Shown: piece after piece, positions 28,843-38,300 of the stretch
Position numbering within the stretch: the first letter of the stretch is position 1
How the letters are laid out: every line of letters starts with the position of its first letter
Assembly: GCA_019058295.1 (NCBI GenBank)
Contig: JAHPZI010000018.1
Span: forward strand, 9,478 to 73,477
DNA from: Promethearchaeota archaeon
Lineage (GTDB): Archaea > Asgardarchaeota > Lokiarchaeia > Sigyniarchaeales > SOKP01
Direction of reading: 5' to 3'
DNA: 64,000 nucleotides
The notes under the pieces: generated by a model
What the model was told of the DNA's origin: nothing
What the model saw: the letters and a program-made list of their open reading frames with translations, nothing else
The model's database searches: none
Translations under genes and position numbers: made by a program

Positions 28843-30210
28843 TTAAGCACAATTATCATGCTCATGGTCATCATCATGCCAACAAAACGGGAGCTCAGCT
28901 AGAAAATCACCAGTTACGGTTTCAGCATGGACCCTACAACCCCCACCACATAAGTCAAGATGATGACAAGTAGAGCATTTCCCTTTTATTTTTCGATCTC
29001 TAATTTTTTTAAACATTTCGGTTTCCATAATTTCATCCCAACTTTGCTCAAGAATGTTGCCTAAGATTAAATCAGAAGGATAATCACAAGGGAATACATC
29101 TCCATTGGTATCAATCCCAGAAATTGAGCGGCAAGCTTGGCATCCTGTGCCCCATTCGATCGCAGTCCTTTCTTCATCATTTACAGGACACTCCATAAAT
29201 GGCACCATATCCCATGTATAGAATTTATTAAGCGATGAAGCTTCTCCTTTTCTGATAGCTTCTATAGCATGTTTATATTTGAAATCATAGAATTGTCGAT
29301 ATTCATCCATATTTAAGCCAATTTCGTCCCAATTTAAATCGGCCGAACGTTGTTTGATCAGGGGTCTGTAAAAGGGAGTTACTCCTCTAGAGTTAAAATA
29401 TTCCCTTAATTTATCTAATTCATCAAAGTTCTCTTTTTGTGCAGTTACATTAGCAATTGTAAAAAGTCCATATTTTGCAGCTAAATCTAACGCTTTTTCC
29501 CCTGCTTCGTATGCTTTTGGGTGCCCTCTAATTTTTGCAGCCCGTTTGGGATCTGTACTATCATAACTAATAAAAACATGGCTCATTTTAGCATCTGCGC
29601 ATATTTTCGCCAATTCATCATTAAATAAAATTCCATTGGTCGCAAGTGATTGATAATAACCCTTCTCACCGCAATATTTAATTAAATCTTTAAGATCTTT
29701 ACGAATTGTAGGCTCCCCGCCAAACCATATATAACATCCTCGACGACCACGTTTTCGTAAGCTTTGTTCAAGATCCTCAATAATTTCAATCCATGTTTCA
29801 ATGGGTAATTCTGGACGTTTATCCATTACCGAAGCAGCACAATGAAGACAATTTTGATTGCATCGGTCAGTGAGATATATAGTAAAATGATAAACCCCGG
29901 GTAAAAAGGCACCACTAATTTCATCCCATGTACGTGCATATTTTGTTCTAATTTCTGATAATTTTACATAGCGATCTGTATCAATATCTAATTTTTTTAA
30001 ATCTTCGACTACTGCTGGTTGAAATGCCTCGGGTGTTATCTCAAATAGTGCAGAAAGCAAATCATCTTCACTTACAAATCCAGAATTCCTAAGTCGTGCT
30101 GTTTTTTCAGCAGCTTCTCGCAACATAGGCTTAACAGAAGCACGAAATGCCTCAGGTACTTGATCTGTGATTTTTCCAAACATTTGTTCCATTTCTATAT
30201 TCCATTCCAT
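28843..30210 (-). CDS. Radical SAM/SPASM protein with N-terminal PCP_red/DUF2621-like domain (paralog of 27418..28830)
   Basis: CNQNCLHC, GGEP, TNG; SPASM GCQAC..FPCD..KCSTC..CGGGCR..PFCW. Confidence 0.9.
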   Translation of the reverse strand: MEWNIEMEQMFGKITDQVPEAFRASVKPMLREAAEKTARLRNSGFVSEDDLLSALFEITPEAFQPAVVEDLKKLDIDTDRYVKLSEIRTKYARTWDEISGAFLPGVYHFTIYLTDRCNQNCLHCAASVMDKRPELPIETWIEIIEDLEQSLRKRGRRGCYIWFGGEPTIRKDLKDLIKYCGEKGYYQSLATNGILFNDELAKICADAKMSHVFISYDSTDPKRAAKIRGHPKAYEAGEKALDLAAKYGLFTIANVTAQKENFDELDKLREYFNSRGVTPFYRPLIKQRSADLNWDEIGLNMDEYRQFYDFKYKHAIEAIRKGEASSLNKFYTWDMVPFMECPVNDEERTAIEWGTGCQACRSISGIDTNGDVFPCDYPSDLILGNILEQSWDEIMETEMFKKIRDRKIKGKCSTCHHLDLCGGGCRVHAETVTGDFLAELPFCWHDDDHEHDNCA

Positions 30211-30318
30211 ATTTTTTTCACCTTATTATGATTTTTTACTCTCTTTTTTCTAAAAATAATTCATTTTTAAGTTTAAATTGCAAATTAATTTTAAAATCAT
30301 AGGTAATAACAAATTTTA

Positions 30319-31002
30319 TCATTTTTTTCCCCCCTCCCGTATAAAATGTTTATTAAAATCAGCAAAATTATTAATTTTGGGATGGCAATAATGATTGATT
30401 AAACGAAAAATCAAAAAACTTTCAAAATCAGAATGATAACAGAATACTTTGAGATTATTGTAGCGATTATTTAATATATACTTGGTTTTTCTATGCAAAA
30501 TTCTGTTTTGAATAAAATTAATTCTATAAATTTTTCTTCTCAAATTGTCATTAAAATTATGAATTCTCTCATTTAAGCTATAATCTCTTTTATTTCGATC
30601 TCCTTTATTCTTATTATCGAGATATTCTATCGATTCATCATTTAGTCCAAGAGAACCCAAACTTATATAAAAAAATATTTTTGTATCTTCATTTAAGAAT
30701 GCATTTTTAACATAATGATAAAAAGCCGTATCAATATAACAAATGATATTATAAATTATGATGATGTCAATCAAATGACCGAGGCTAAACTGGATTGTGT
30801 GAGATTCGTGAGGCAAAAATCCTAATATATTGATGTAAGGTAAAATAGGAATGAAAATTGACTTGCCAGAGGTAATATATTCAGTTAATAAAGAAGAAAA
30901 AACTGGAACATCTCTTAAAAACATGAAAATGAACAAGCTCGTGAGATAAGAAAAAATAACGCTAAAGATCAAGACTATTTTCAAAATTTTAAGTTTATGC
31001 AC
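30319..31002 (-). CDS. Hypothetical membrane-anchored protein
   Basis: Hydrophobic N-terminal segments, GAGGA RBS before GTG; no motif recognised. Confidence 0.45.
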   Translation of the reverse strand: MHKLKILKIVLIFSVIFSYLTSLFIFMFLRDVPVFSSLLTEYITSGKSIFIPILPYINILGFLPHESHTIQFSLGHLIDIIIIYNIICYIDTAFYHYVKNAFLNEDTKIFFYISLGSLGLNDESIEYLDNKNKGDRNKRDYSLNERIHNFNDNLRRKIYRINFIQNRILHRKTKYILNNRYNNLKVFCYHSDFESFLIFRLINHYCHPKINNFADFNKHFIREGGKK

Positions 31003-31130
31003 GTATTTAATCCTCTCTCTATCATTAATAATTGATTATAATCTTAGAGTTATTGAATAATGAAAATACTGAAGCATTAGTTATAAATATAACTGTGATT
31101 AAATAATCAGATAATGCAATAATTAAATCC

Positions 31131-32621
31131 TTATTTATCTCTCTTTTTAGGATATTTCGAACTAGATGTTAGAAGCATAGGTGCAGTGCTTAAAAATAAT
31201 AGCATGTTTGCATAACGAATAAAACCTCCAGAAAAATGTTTCTTATCATAGTTAATTACATTATAAAAATAGGATGGTTTAGTTCGCTTGAAAATGTTAA
31301 CAATCTGCGGAAAAGAATTAAATTTTAGTTTTATTTTAAATTTTTCAGGAGATTCATGGGCAGGAGAACCAGGGAAAATATGATAAGGTTCACTCATAAT
31401 TGTAATTGGTTTGAAATTGGAATTACCATATTTTAAAAGGCATTTAGTCGCAAAATGAAAATCCTTAAGAATATCAAACCGATTTTGGAAAGGAAGACCG
31501 ATAGTTAACCATATCCGTAATAATATTTGAGATAAATTTGCATTTTTTATTAAATCATTAATTTGACTTTCTGGAAATTTAAATGTTGGATCACAAGTTT
31601 TAGCTATTTTTTGCTGAACTTTAGCTGATAATGTTCGAGGAGAAATACTGATTGATGAATATCTACGAGCAAAAGTCTTCTCAAAGATTCTCCACATTTC
31701 TTTAGGAAAGGGTAGCCGCCATATCTCTAAATCTCCACTAATATCAATTTTTTCCTTTTGAATCAGCCCAAATAATTTTTTCCAATATTTTAAATTAGCA
31801 GGATATGTACCATGTCCGAAAAAGACACTTGGAACTTTATAATTGTCGAGAATATTGTGGAGATCTTCTATTATTTTTTCTGGACTTCTGAGAACGACCT
31901 CATTTCGACCCGTTAGTTTTTGCTGAGCTCTTTGACCTCCTCCACAAAAAGGACAATTAAATGGACAGCCCCTTCCAATTGGAAGATTGAGAGAGATTCC
32001 CATAATCTTTCTGCTATACTCAAGATATTGTTTTGCATTATTTAGAAGTGATACATTAATAAAATTCAAATCATCCAATGTTTTTGCTGTATAGGAAAGA
32101 GAATTAACTTTTATGTGTTTAGAGGTATCTCGATAAGATAAATTGGGAACAGAATCTAATGATTGATTTTTATTAATCTTTTGAACATATTTTAAAAATG
32201 GAACTTCCCCTTCGCCTCTAATTATACCGTCAATTTCTTTATAGTATTTTAATAGTTCACTATGGTAATATGAAGCACTAAAACCTCCAAGAATTACATT
32301 AGCATGGGGATTTACTTTTTTTACGATTCTAGCAACTTCAATAGCACCATTTGCATTATGTATCCAATGTAAATCTATTCCACATACATCAAAATTAATA
32401 TTTTTAAGAAAGTCGGCTAATGACCAATTACGATTTAGATATTGCTCTAATGGATAATTTATAATTTTAACTCCAAAACCCCCTTTCTCAAGCAAATCGG
32501 CAATGCTAAAAACACCCATTGGAATGAATAAATATTCCCCTCGTTTAAATTTGGATCTTTTATTATTAATAGGTTTTACTACTCTAGGTGGATGGATGAG
32601 TAAAACATCGTAGCTTTTCAA
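31131..32621 (-). CDS. Cobalamin-binding radical SAM protein (CloN6-like N-terminus)
   Basis: DVLLIHPP, GIDLHW..A.E.A..VK, GGFSASYY, RGEGE, GRGCPFNCPFC. Confidence 0.87.
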   Translation of the reverse strand: MKSYDVLLIHPPRVVKPINNKRSKFKRGEYLFIPMGVFSIADLLEKGGFGVKIINYPLEQYLNRNWSLADFLKNINFDVCGIDLHWIHNANGAIEVARIVKKVNPHANVILGGFSASYYHSELLKYYKEIDGIIRGEGEVPFLKYVQKINKNQSLDSVPNLSYRDTSKHIKVNSLSYTAKTLDDLNFINVSLLNNAKQYLEYSRKIMGISLNLPIGRGCPFNCPFCGGGQRAQQKLTGRNEVVLRSPEKIIEDLHNILDNYKVPSVFFGHGTYPANLKYWKKLFGLIQKEKIDISGDLEIWRLPFPKEMWRIFEKTFARRYSSISISPRTLSAKVQQKIAKTCDPTFKFPESQINDLIKNANLSQILLRIWLTIGLPFQNRFDILKDFHFATKCLLKYGNSNFKPITIMSEPYHIFPGSPAHESPEKFKIKLKFNSFPQIVNIFKRTKPSYFYNVINYDKKHFSGGFIRYANMLLFLSTAPMLLTSSSKYPKKRDK

Positions 32622-32808
32622 AATGCCAACCGAAATTATGATTAGAAATGAATGTTAATTAAATTAAGGTTTAAGATATAAATATTAAACTTTGTTACTT
32701 ATTATTTTGGAAATGTAAATTTTCTATTAATATTAAAAATTAAAGTATCTAAAAAACCAAAATTTAAATATTTAAATTTCAATAGTTTAAATTACTAATT
32801 CAGAACTA

Positions 32809-33792
32809 TTGAATAAAATGAGTGATATGGCAAATATTTTAGAATATATGAATTTAGCAGATTTTTTATTTATTGTTGTATTTCCATCAGTTTTACTTTT
32901 ACTACTTTTAATTATCTTTATAAGTGGATTATTTAAAGAAAAACCAAAGCATGAGCTTATGACATTGGATGAATTCATGATGGATTGGCTTAAAGATCAC
33001 GGACAAGCTCACAAATTGGAAGAACAGTTTGCGAGAATGAAAAAAGATCCAGCAGGGAAAATTTATATGCCATTAACATATCATGGCGGAATAATTGCTA
33101 TAAAATGTGGTTTAACTCCAAATAAGGTATCTTATATAAATCTAATTTTATCCTTTTTCATATTTTGGGCTGTAATAATGATTAGTAAAGGTCATACTCT
33201 AAATCTATTTTCTAAACAACCGTACTTTGGCTCTTGGTTTATTCCTCTTGCCTTTTTAGCCTTATTTACAGGAATTATTGATGGGATTGATGGAGCGATA
33301 GCTAGGATATTGGATATAAAGTCTAAAAGTGGTGCGTGGTTAGATAATGTGATTGACAGAATTAGTGATATATTATTACTTGTTTGTTTCGTTCCAACTA
33401 GTTTTATGGTTGTTTCGATATTAGGATTTAAGTTTGATTTTACATGGATAGTTTGGACGAATATTTTCCTAATTTTTCTCTATGAATACATGAGAGCGAG
33501 ACATGAAGGGTTAGGTTTACATGAAACCAAACCAACTATAGGAGAAAGAATAACTAGATTTTTTGTAATCTTTATATTCTTTTTAATTTACGGTATTTCG
33601 AGCTTCTTTGTATTATTAACAAATTGGATTAATCCCAATGCTACGAAGATATGGACTGATTCGCACATTGGCACAATTACTTGGAATATGCTAATTTATC
33701 AGATAACTCTATTTTTGATTATGATCTTCTCATTGATTAAATTAGGGAGTTATAGTTTTAAAAACCTGAAGAAATTGGATAGTGGAGATTAA
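32809..33792 (+). CDS. CDP-alcohol phosphatidyltransferase
   Basis: Signature DGIDGAIAR..SKSGAWLDNVIDRISD, TPN motif, multiple TM helices. Confidence 0.92.
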   Translation: MNKMSDMANILEYMNLADFLFIVVFPSVLLLLLLIIFISGLFKEKPKHELMTLDEFMMDWLKDHGQAHKLEEQFARMKKDPAGKIYMPLTYHGGIIAIKCGLTPNKVSYINLILSFFIFWAVIMISKGHTLNLFSKQPYFGSWFIPLAFLALFTGIIDGIDGAIARILDIKSKSGAWLDNVIDRISDILLLVCFVPTSFMVVSILGFKFDFTWIVWTNIFLIFLYEYMRARHEGLGLHETKPTIGERITRFFVIFIFFLIYGISSFFVLLTNWINPNATKIWTDSHIGTITWNMLIYQITLFLIMIFSLIKLGSYSFKNLKKLDSGD

Positions 33793-33817
33793 AAAATAAA
33801 AAAAGAGGTTATGAAAT

Positions 33818-35167
33818 ATCAATTTCAAAGGTTTTATATACTTAGTTGTACTGGTAATCTTTTTTGTTCTATTACATATTTATTTTCCCCCTTATTTGTC
33901 ATCTGGAACTAAAGAAGCAATAGATACATTCATTGCCGACCCTTTGACTTATTGGTGGTTTGTATTTCCATTATTTGGATTAATCATGTGGTTAGTATTG
34001 ATTATATATTATGGAAAATATTTCTTAGCATCATTTGGTCGTGGTTATCGAACCAAAACACCTTATTATCCAAAAATAAGTATAATGATCGCTTCTAAAA
34101 ATGAAAGAAAATTATTAGAAAGAACATTAAATTCGATTGTTAAAACAGACTATCCAAAAGAGAATATCCAAATAATTATAATAACAAGTGGATCAACAGA
34201 CGATACAACAGAATTTAGTCAAAATTTTGCAAAAGAGCATCATACAATAGATATAGAAGTGTTATCAGAGAATTTACCTAAAAAAGGAAAGCCTCCAGCT
34301 ATGAATTACGGTCTAAAATATGTAAAAAATGATATTATTGTCCTTTATGATTCAGGTTGTATTTTACAAATAGATACATTGAGAAATTTATTATCCCCTT
34401 TTCAAAAGAATAAAATTAATGCTGTTATTGGACCTGTTTTAGTTGAAAATTGGAAGACTAATACATTGACTAGAGCTATTTACCTTGATTATGCTTTTTT
34501 ATCTGGTGGTGGATTATTATTTGAATCTAAAAATAGATTAGGTAAATCAGCTTTTTCATATGGAAGAAATTTTGCTGTTAGGACGAAATACCTTAAGAAA
34601 TATGGAGGTTTTAATGAAGATTCATGCACAGAAGATCTTTATCTTTCTGTGCTTTTAAATATGGATGGAATAAAAATTTACTTTTCACCTAAAGCAAAAG
34701 TTTATGAATATGTACCTACTACTTGGGAGATCTTAACAAAACAACGAGAACGATGGCTCGCAGGATATATCTTTGATATGCCACAATTAATGGCAATGGA
34801 AGGAGAAAAAAAGAATGGGAAATCGATAATTATTTCAAGAAATATGACAATGACATTCATAGGGAATATGGATTCGTGGATGCCCATATTTATTGGATTA
34901 GCAATACTCTTTTTCTTAATTGGAGAGTTTTATCTCTTAAGTTGGACCCTCGCTTGTTTATTTTTTCAATTTGGATTTTTGTTCAATTCAGTACGTAAGT
35001 ATGGAGATTGGCATATGAGCATTTTGTTTTTATGGCCATTATCGGGTTATATACATCTTTATATGTTTCTACATCAGTTCCATTTACCAAGAGAAATAAG
35101 TTGGGAAAAAACTCCAATGTTATTAGAAAAACAAGAGGAAGAAATAGAAGCTTTATCTGCTAAATAA
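33818..35167 (+). CDS. Membrane GT2 glycosyltransferase (processive type); N-terminus probably extends upstream of the track start 33896
   Basis: IASKNE, GSTDDT, KPPAMN, TED, QRERW; frame open from 33815 adds a TM helix (INFKGFIYLVVLVIFFVLLHIYF). Confidence 0.85.
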   Translation: MNFKGFIYLVVLVIFFVLLHIYFPPYLSSGTKEAIDTFIADPLTYWWFVFPLFGLIMWLVLIIYYGKYFLASFGRGYRTKTPYYPKISIMIASKNERKLLERTLNSIVKTDYPKENIQIIIITSGSTDDTTEFSQNFAKEHHTIDIEVLSENLPKKGKPPAMNYGLKYVKNDIIVLYDSGCILQIDTLRNLLSPFQKNKINAVIGPVLVENWKTNTLTRAIYLDYAFLSGGGLLFESKNRLGKSAFSYGRNFAVRTKYLKKYGGFNEDSCTEDLYLSVLLNMDGIKIYFSPKAKVYEYVPTTWEILTKQRERWLAGYIFDMPQLMAMEGEKKNGKSIIISRNMTMTFIGNMDSWMPIFIGLAILFFLIGEFYLLSWTLACLFFQFGFLFNSVRKYGDWHMSILFLWPLSGYIHLYMFLHQFHLPREISWEKTPMLLEKQEEEIEALSAK

Positions 35168-35300
35168 CTTTGTATAAACACTAATCAATTTTATTTATAT
35201 GAAATTAAGGTCTCTCTTTAACTATTATCTCTCTATTATATTTTAATAAGATTAAAAATAAAAAAATAACTACTAAGGTTAATTAAGGAGTATTTTTTTA

Positions 35301-36746
35301 ATGAAAATCAATCTTATTAATCCCGCACCTTCAAAAATAAAAGATGGCCAAACCGAAACATTGTTTTATGCTTCTGCTCCTCCATTAGGATTAATGTACC
35401 TTGCCACATATTTGAAAGATGCAGGTCATAAAATTTCTATTTTAGATCAAGCAGCTGTTAATTATGAAAATAGAGATGTTATTAATTGGGTTAAAAAGAG
35501 AAATCCAGATGTAGTAGGTTTTTCAATTTTATGCGCTTCCGTAGAGAATGCAAAATTAATATCTAAAGCATTAAAAACCCTAAATCCGAATCTAAAAATC
35601 ATTTTTGGGAATTATCTTGCTACATTCTATGCAAGAAAAATCTTAGAACATTATGATTGGGTGGATATATGTGTGAGAGGGGATGGTGAAATAACTTTCT
35701 CAGAGCTTATTGAAAAAATAGAATTGAATAAAGATCTTAATGATGTCGATGGAATAACATACAAACGTAATGGTAAAATTAAAGAGAATAAGAATCGACA
35801 GCTATTAAAAAATCTTGATACATTACCATTTCCTGACCAAAAATTGATTCCAAATGTATATAAGAATCGAATCGGTGGAATTGATGTTTCACCGCGAAAA
35901 TTTACTACGATGGTTACTTCTCGAGGATGCCCTTTTGGATGCAATTTCTGCGCATGCACAGCATTCTCTCAAGGGCTATGGAGGACTCGATCAGTAAATA
36001 ATATATTTGAAGAGATTTGTGAATTAGCTAATCAAGGTTTTCAAGAAATCCTTTTTGTTGATGATAATTTTACATTAAATACGAAAAGAATTATTAAGTT
36101 ATGTGATAAAATTAGGAAAGAAAAATTGGATATGGTATTTGTATGTGATGGAAGAGTAAACAAGAGCTCTATTGGTTTATTAAGAACCATGAAAAAAGCA
36201 AAATTTGAAATCTTAATGCTTGGATTAGAAAGTAGTTCTCAAAGAATGTTAGATTTTTATAATAAAAAAATAACACCACAGATGAGTGAAACTGCTGTGA
36301 ACAATGCCCGTAAAGCGGGTTTCAAGATGATTGTTGGTTCGTTTATGATTGGTGGATTCGATGAAACCTATACTGAGGCAATTAATACTCTTAAATTTAT
36401 TTCAAAACTTGATATTGATTTTCCTCATATAATTTTTACTCGTGCATTACCTGGAACTAAACTTTTCAATAATTTAATTCAAAATAATGTTATAGATGAA
36501 GATAAATATTGGGAAAGAGGTGTAGATCTTATTGATTTACCTGGTGCGAAAATGAAACGCGAGATAATCTATCAAATAATAAAGGAACAATTCCATAAAA
36601 ATTTCTTAAGACGAAAATATTTGATTAAAGCTTTTATACGAACAATAATGAGCAAATACAGACAAGATATGATTTTAAGTCATCTTAATTTTCATGATAT
36701 AGATAAATTTGTAAAGTTAATCAATAATCCCCCTGATTTATTTTAG
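35301..36746 (+). CDS. Cobalamin-binding radical SAM protein
   Basis: PPLGLMYLA, RGDGE, TSRGCPFGCNFC, DDNF, GLESSSQR. Confidence 0.92.
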   Translation: MKINLINPAPSKIKDGQTETLFYASAPPLGLMYLATYLKDAGHKISILDQAAVNYENRDVINWVKKRNPDVVGFSILCASVENAKLISKALKTLNPNLKIIFGNYLATFYARKILEHYDWVDICVRGDGEITFSELIEKIELNKDLNDVDGITYKRNGKIKENKNRQLLKNLDTLPFPDQKLIPNVYKNRIGGIDVSPRKFTTMVTSRGCPFGCNFCACTAFSQGLWRTRSVNNIFEEICELANQGFQEILFVDDNFTLNTKRIIKLCDKIRKEKLDMVFVCDGRVNKSSIGLLRTMKKAKFEILMLGLESSSQRMLDFYNKKITPQMSETAVNNARKAGFKMIVGSFMIGGFDETYTEAINTLKFISKLDIDFPHIIFTRALPGTKLFNNLIQNNVIDEDKYWERGVDLIDLPGAKMKREIIYQIIKEQFHKNFLRRKYLIKAFIRTIMSKYRQDMILSHLNFHDIDKFVKLINNPPDLF

Positions 36747-36774
36747 TGATAAATTAAAAATGTGAGATATAAAT

Positions 36775-38280
36775 TTGAAAATTGCGTTAATAAATCCAAG
36801 TTTAGAAACAAAAATTTATTCCCCGTGGCCTCCATTAGGAATATTATATTTAGGAACAATATTGAAAGAGAATGGGTTTACAGTTAAATTATTGGATGCG
36901 GCAGCTAAATTTTATGGAAAAAATGAAGTTTTAAATTGGTTAAAACATGTAAAACCTGATATAGTAGGTATTTCTGTCTTTACAATAGCATTTCTTCCAG
37001 CAATAAATCTCATTAAAGTAATCAAAAACTGGAATCCTTCCATAAAAATCGTAATAGGGCATTATCATCCCACTATGGAGGCAGAAAACATACTTCGTAA
37101 GTATGGAGATTATGTTGATTATTGCGTAAGAGGAGAAGGAGAGTATACTCTCTTAGAACTATGTGAATTTTTAGATAAGAATGACAATAAATTACCAAAT
37201 GATATCAAAGGTCTCGCATTTCGAGATTCTAATAAGAAAATTGTTTTAACTCCTGAAGCTCCTTTAATAATAGATTTGGACTCGCTTCCGTTTCCTGATA
37301 GAAGATTGCTTGATTTTGAATATAAATGGAATTTCTCAGGATTTGAGTTCTCGAAATCAAAATTAACTTCGCTAGTGTCGTCTCGAGGGTGTCCATTTAA
37401 TTGTTCATATTGTGCATGTACTAAATTTGCGAAACGTCGATTTAGACCAAGAAGTCCTGAGAATATTATAAATGAGATGCTTCTAATTCAAAATCATGGG
37501 TATACACAATTAAATTTTGTCGATGATAATTTTACATTACAACCGAAAAGAACCATAGAAATATGTCGACTAATGAAAAAAGAGAAGATTGATATCAATT
37601 GGCATACAGATGGACGAGTTGACCAAACGTCCCAAGAGATGCTGAATCTGATGAAAAAAGCTGGATGTAAATCGATATGGTTTGGATTTGAAAGTGCAAA
37701 TCAGAGAATTCTGAATATATATAATAAGAGAACAAAAGTGTCTCAATTCTATGAAGCGATTCGTAAAACACGGAAAGCAAATATAGAACTTATTGTTGGA
37801 TTATTTATGCTCGGTGCACCGACAGAAACGTTAGATGAAGTGAAAAGGACTATAGAATTTGCAGTTAAATCTGATATCGATGTGCCATTTTTTAATGTTG
37901 TAGAGATTTTTTCAGGAACAAAATTTTGGGATGATTACAATTCAAATGGAAACATCAATCAATATGATAAAGTAAAAGCTCTCGTAGGTGAGGAAATCTA
38001 TGAAGTTGAGCGATGGGAGACAACAACTAGAGTAATGGACTTTTTATTATCCCCAGAAGAACGAGAACAAATGTTAAATGAAATTCAAACTGCATACCAA
38101 ACATTTTTCTCTTTTGAGCGCAAGATGATATTTATGTGGAAGATGCTCTATCGTACAGTAAGAAGTAGATTCATGCTAAATATGGCATACAATATTATGA
38201 GAAACTTTAAAGGGGCTTTGGGAGCAATATCTGCATTTAGGAATTCTAAACCTCGAGGTTTTGGTACCTACGATGAGTAA
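36775..38280 (+). CDS. Cobalamin-binding radical SAM protein
   Basis: PPLGILYL, RGEGE, SSRGCPFNCSYC, DDNF, GFESANQR. Confidence 0.92.
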   Translation: MKIALINPSLETKIYSPWPPLGILYLGTILKENGFTVKLLDAAAKFYGKNEVLNWLKHVKPDIVGISVFTIAFLPAINLIKVIKNWNPSIKIVIGHYHPTMEAENILRKYGDYVDYCVRGEGEYTLLELCEFLDKNDNKLPNDIKGLAFRDSNKKIVLTPEAPLIIDLDSLPFPDRRLLDFEYKWNFSGFEFSKSKLTSLVSSRGCPFNCSYCACTKFAKRRFRPRSPENIINEMLLIQNHGYTQLNFVDDNFTLQPKRTIEICRLMKKEKIDINWHTDGRVDQTSQEMLNLMKKAGCKSIWFGFESANQRILNIYNKRTKVSQFYEAIRKTRKANIELIVGLFMLGAPTETLDEVKRTIEFAVKSDIDVPFFNVVEIFSGTKFWDDYNSNGNINQYDKVKALVGEEIYEVERWETTTRVMDFLLSPEEREQMLNEIQTAYQTFFSFERKMIFMWKMLYRTVRSRFMLNMAYNIMRNFKGALGAISAFRNSKPRGFGTYDE

Positions 38281-38300
38281 TTAGATGGGGGATCTTTATT

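Noticed and set aside
20008-30210. RiPP cluster interpretation (SPASM enzymes + 'peptidase' U32)
   Set aside because: No precursor peptide ORF found in the short gaps, no PqqD-type RRE or transporter, and SCP2 plus prenyltransferase favour a lipophilic small molecule; a distant precursor cannot be fully excluded
20011-30210. Chlorophyll biosynthesis implied by the PCP_red-like domain
   Set aside because: No BchN/BchB/BchL catalytic domains are present; only the small accessory module resembles them
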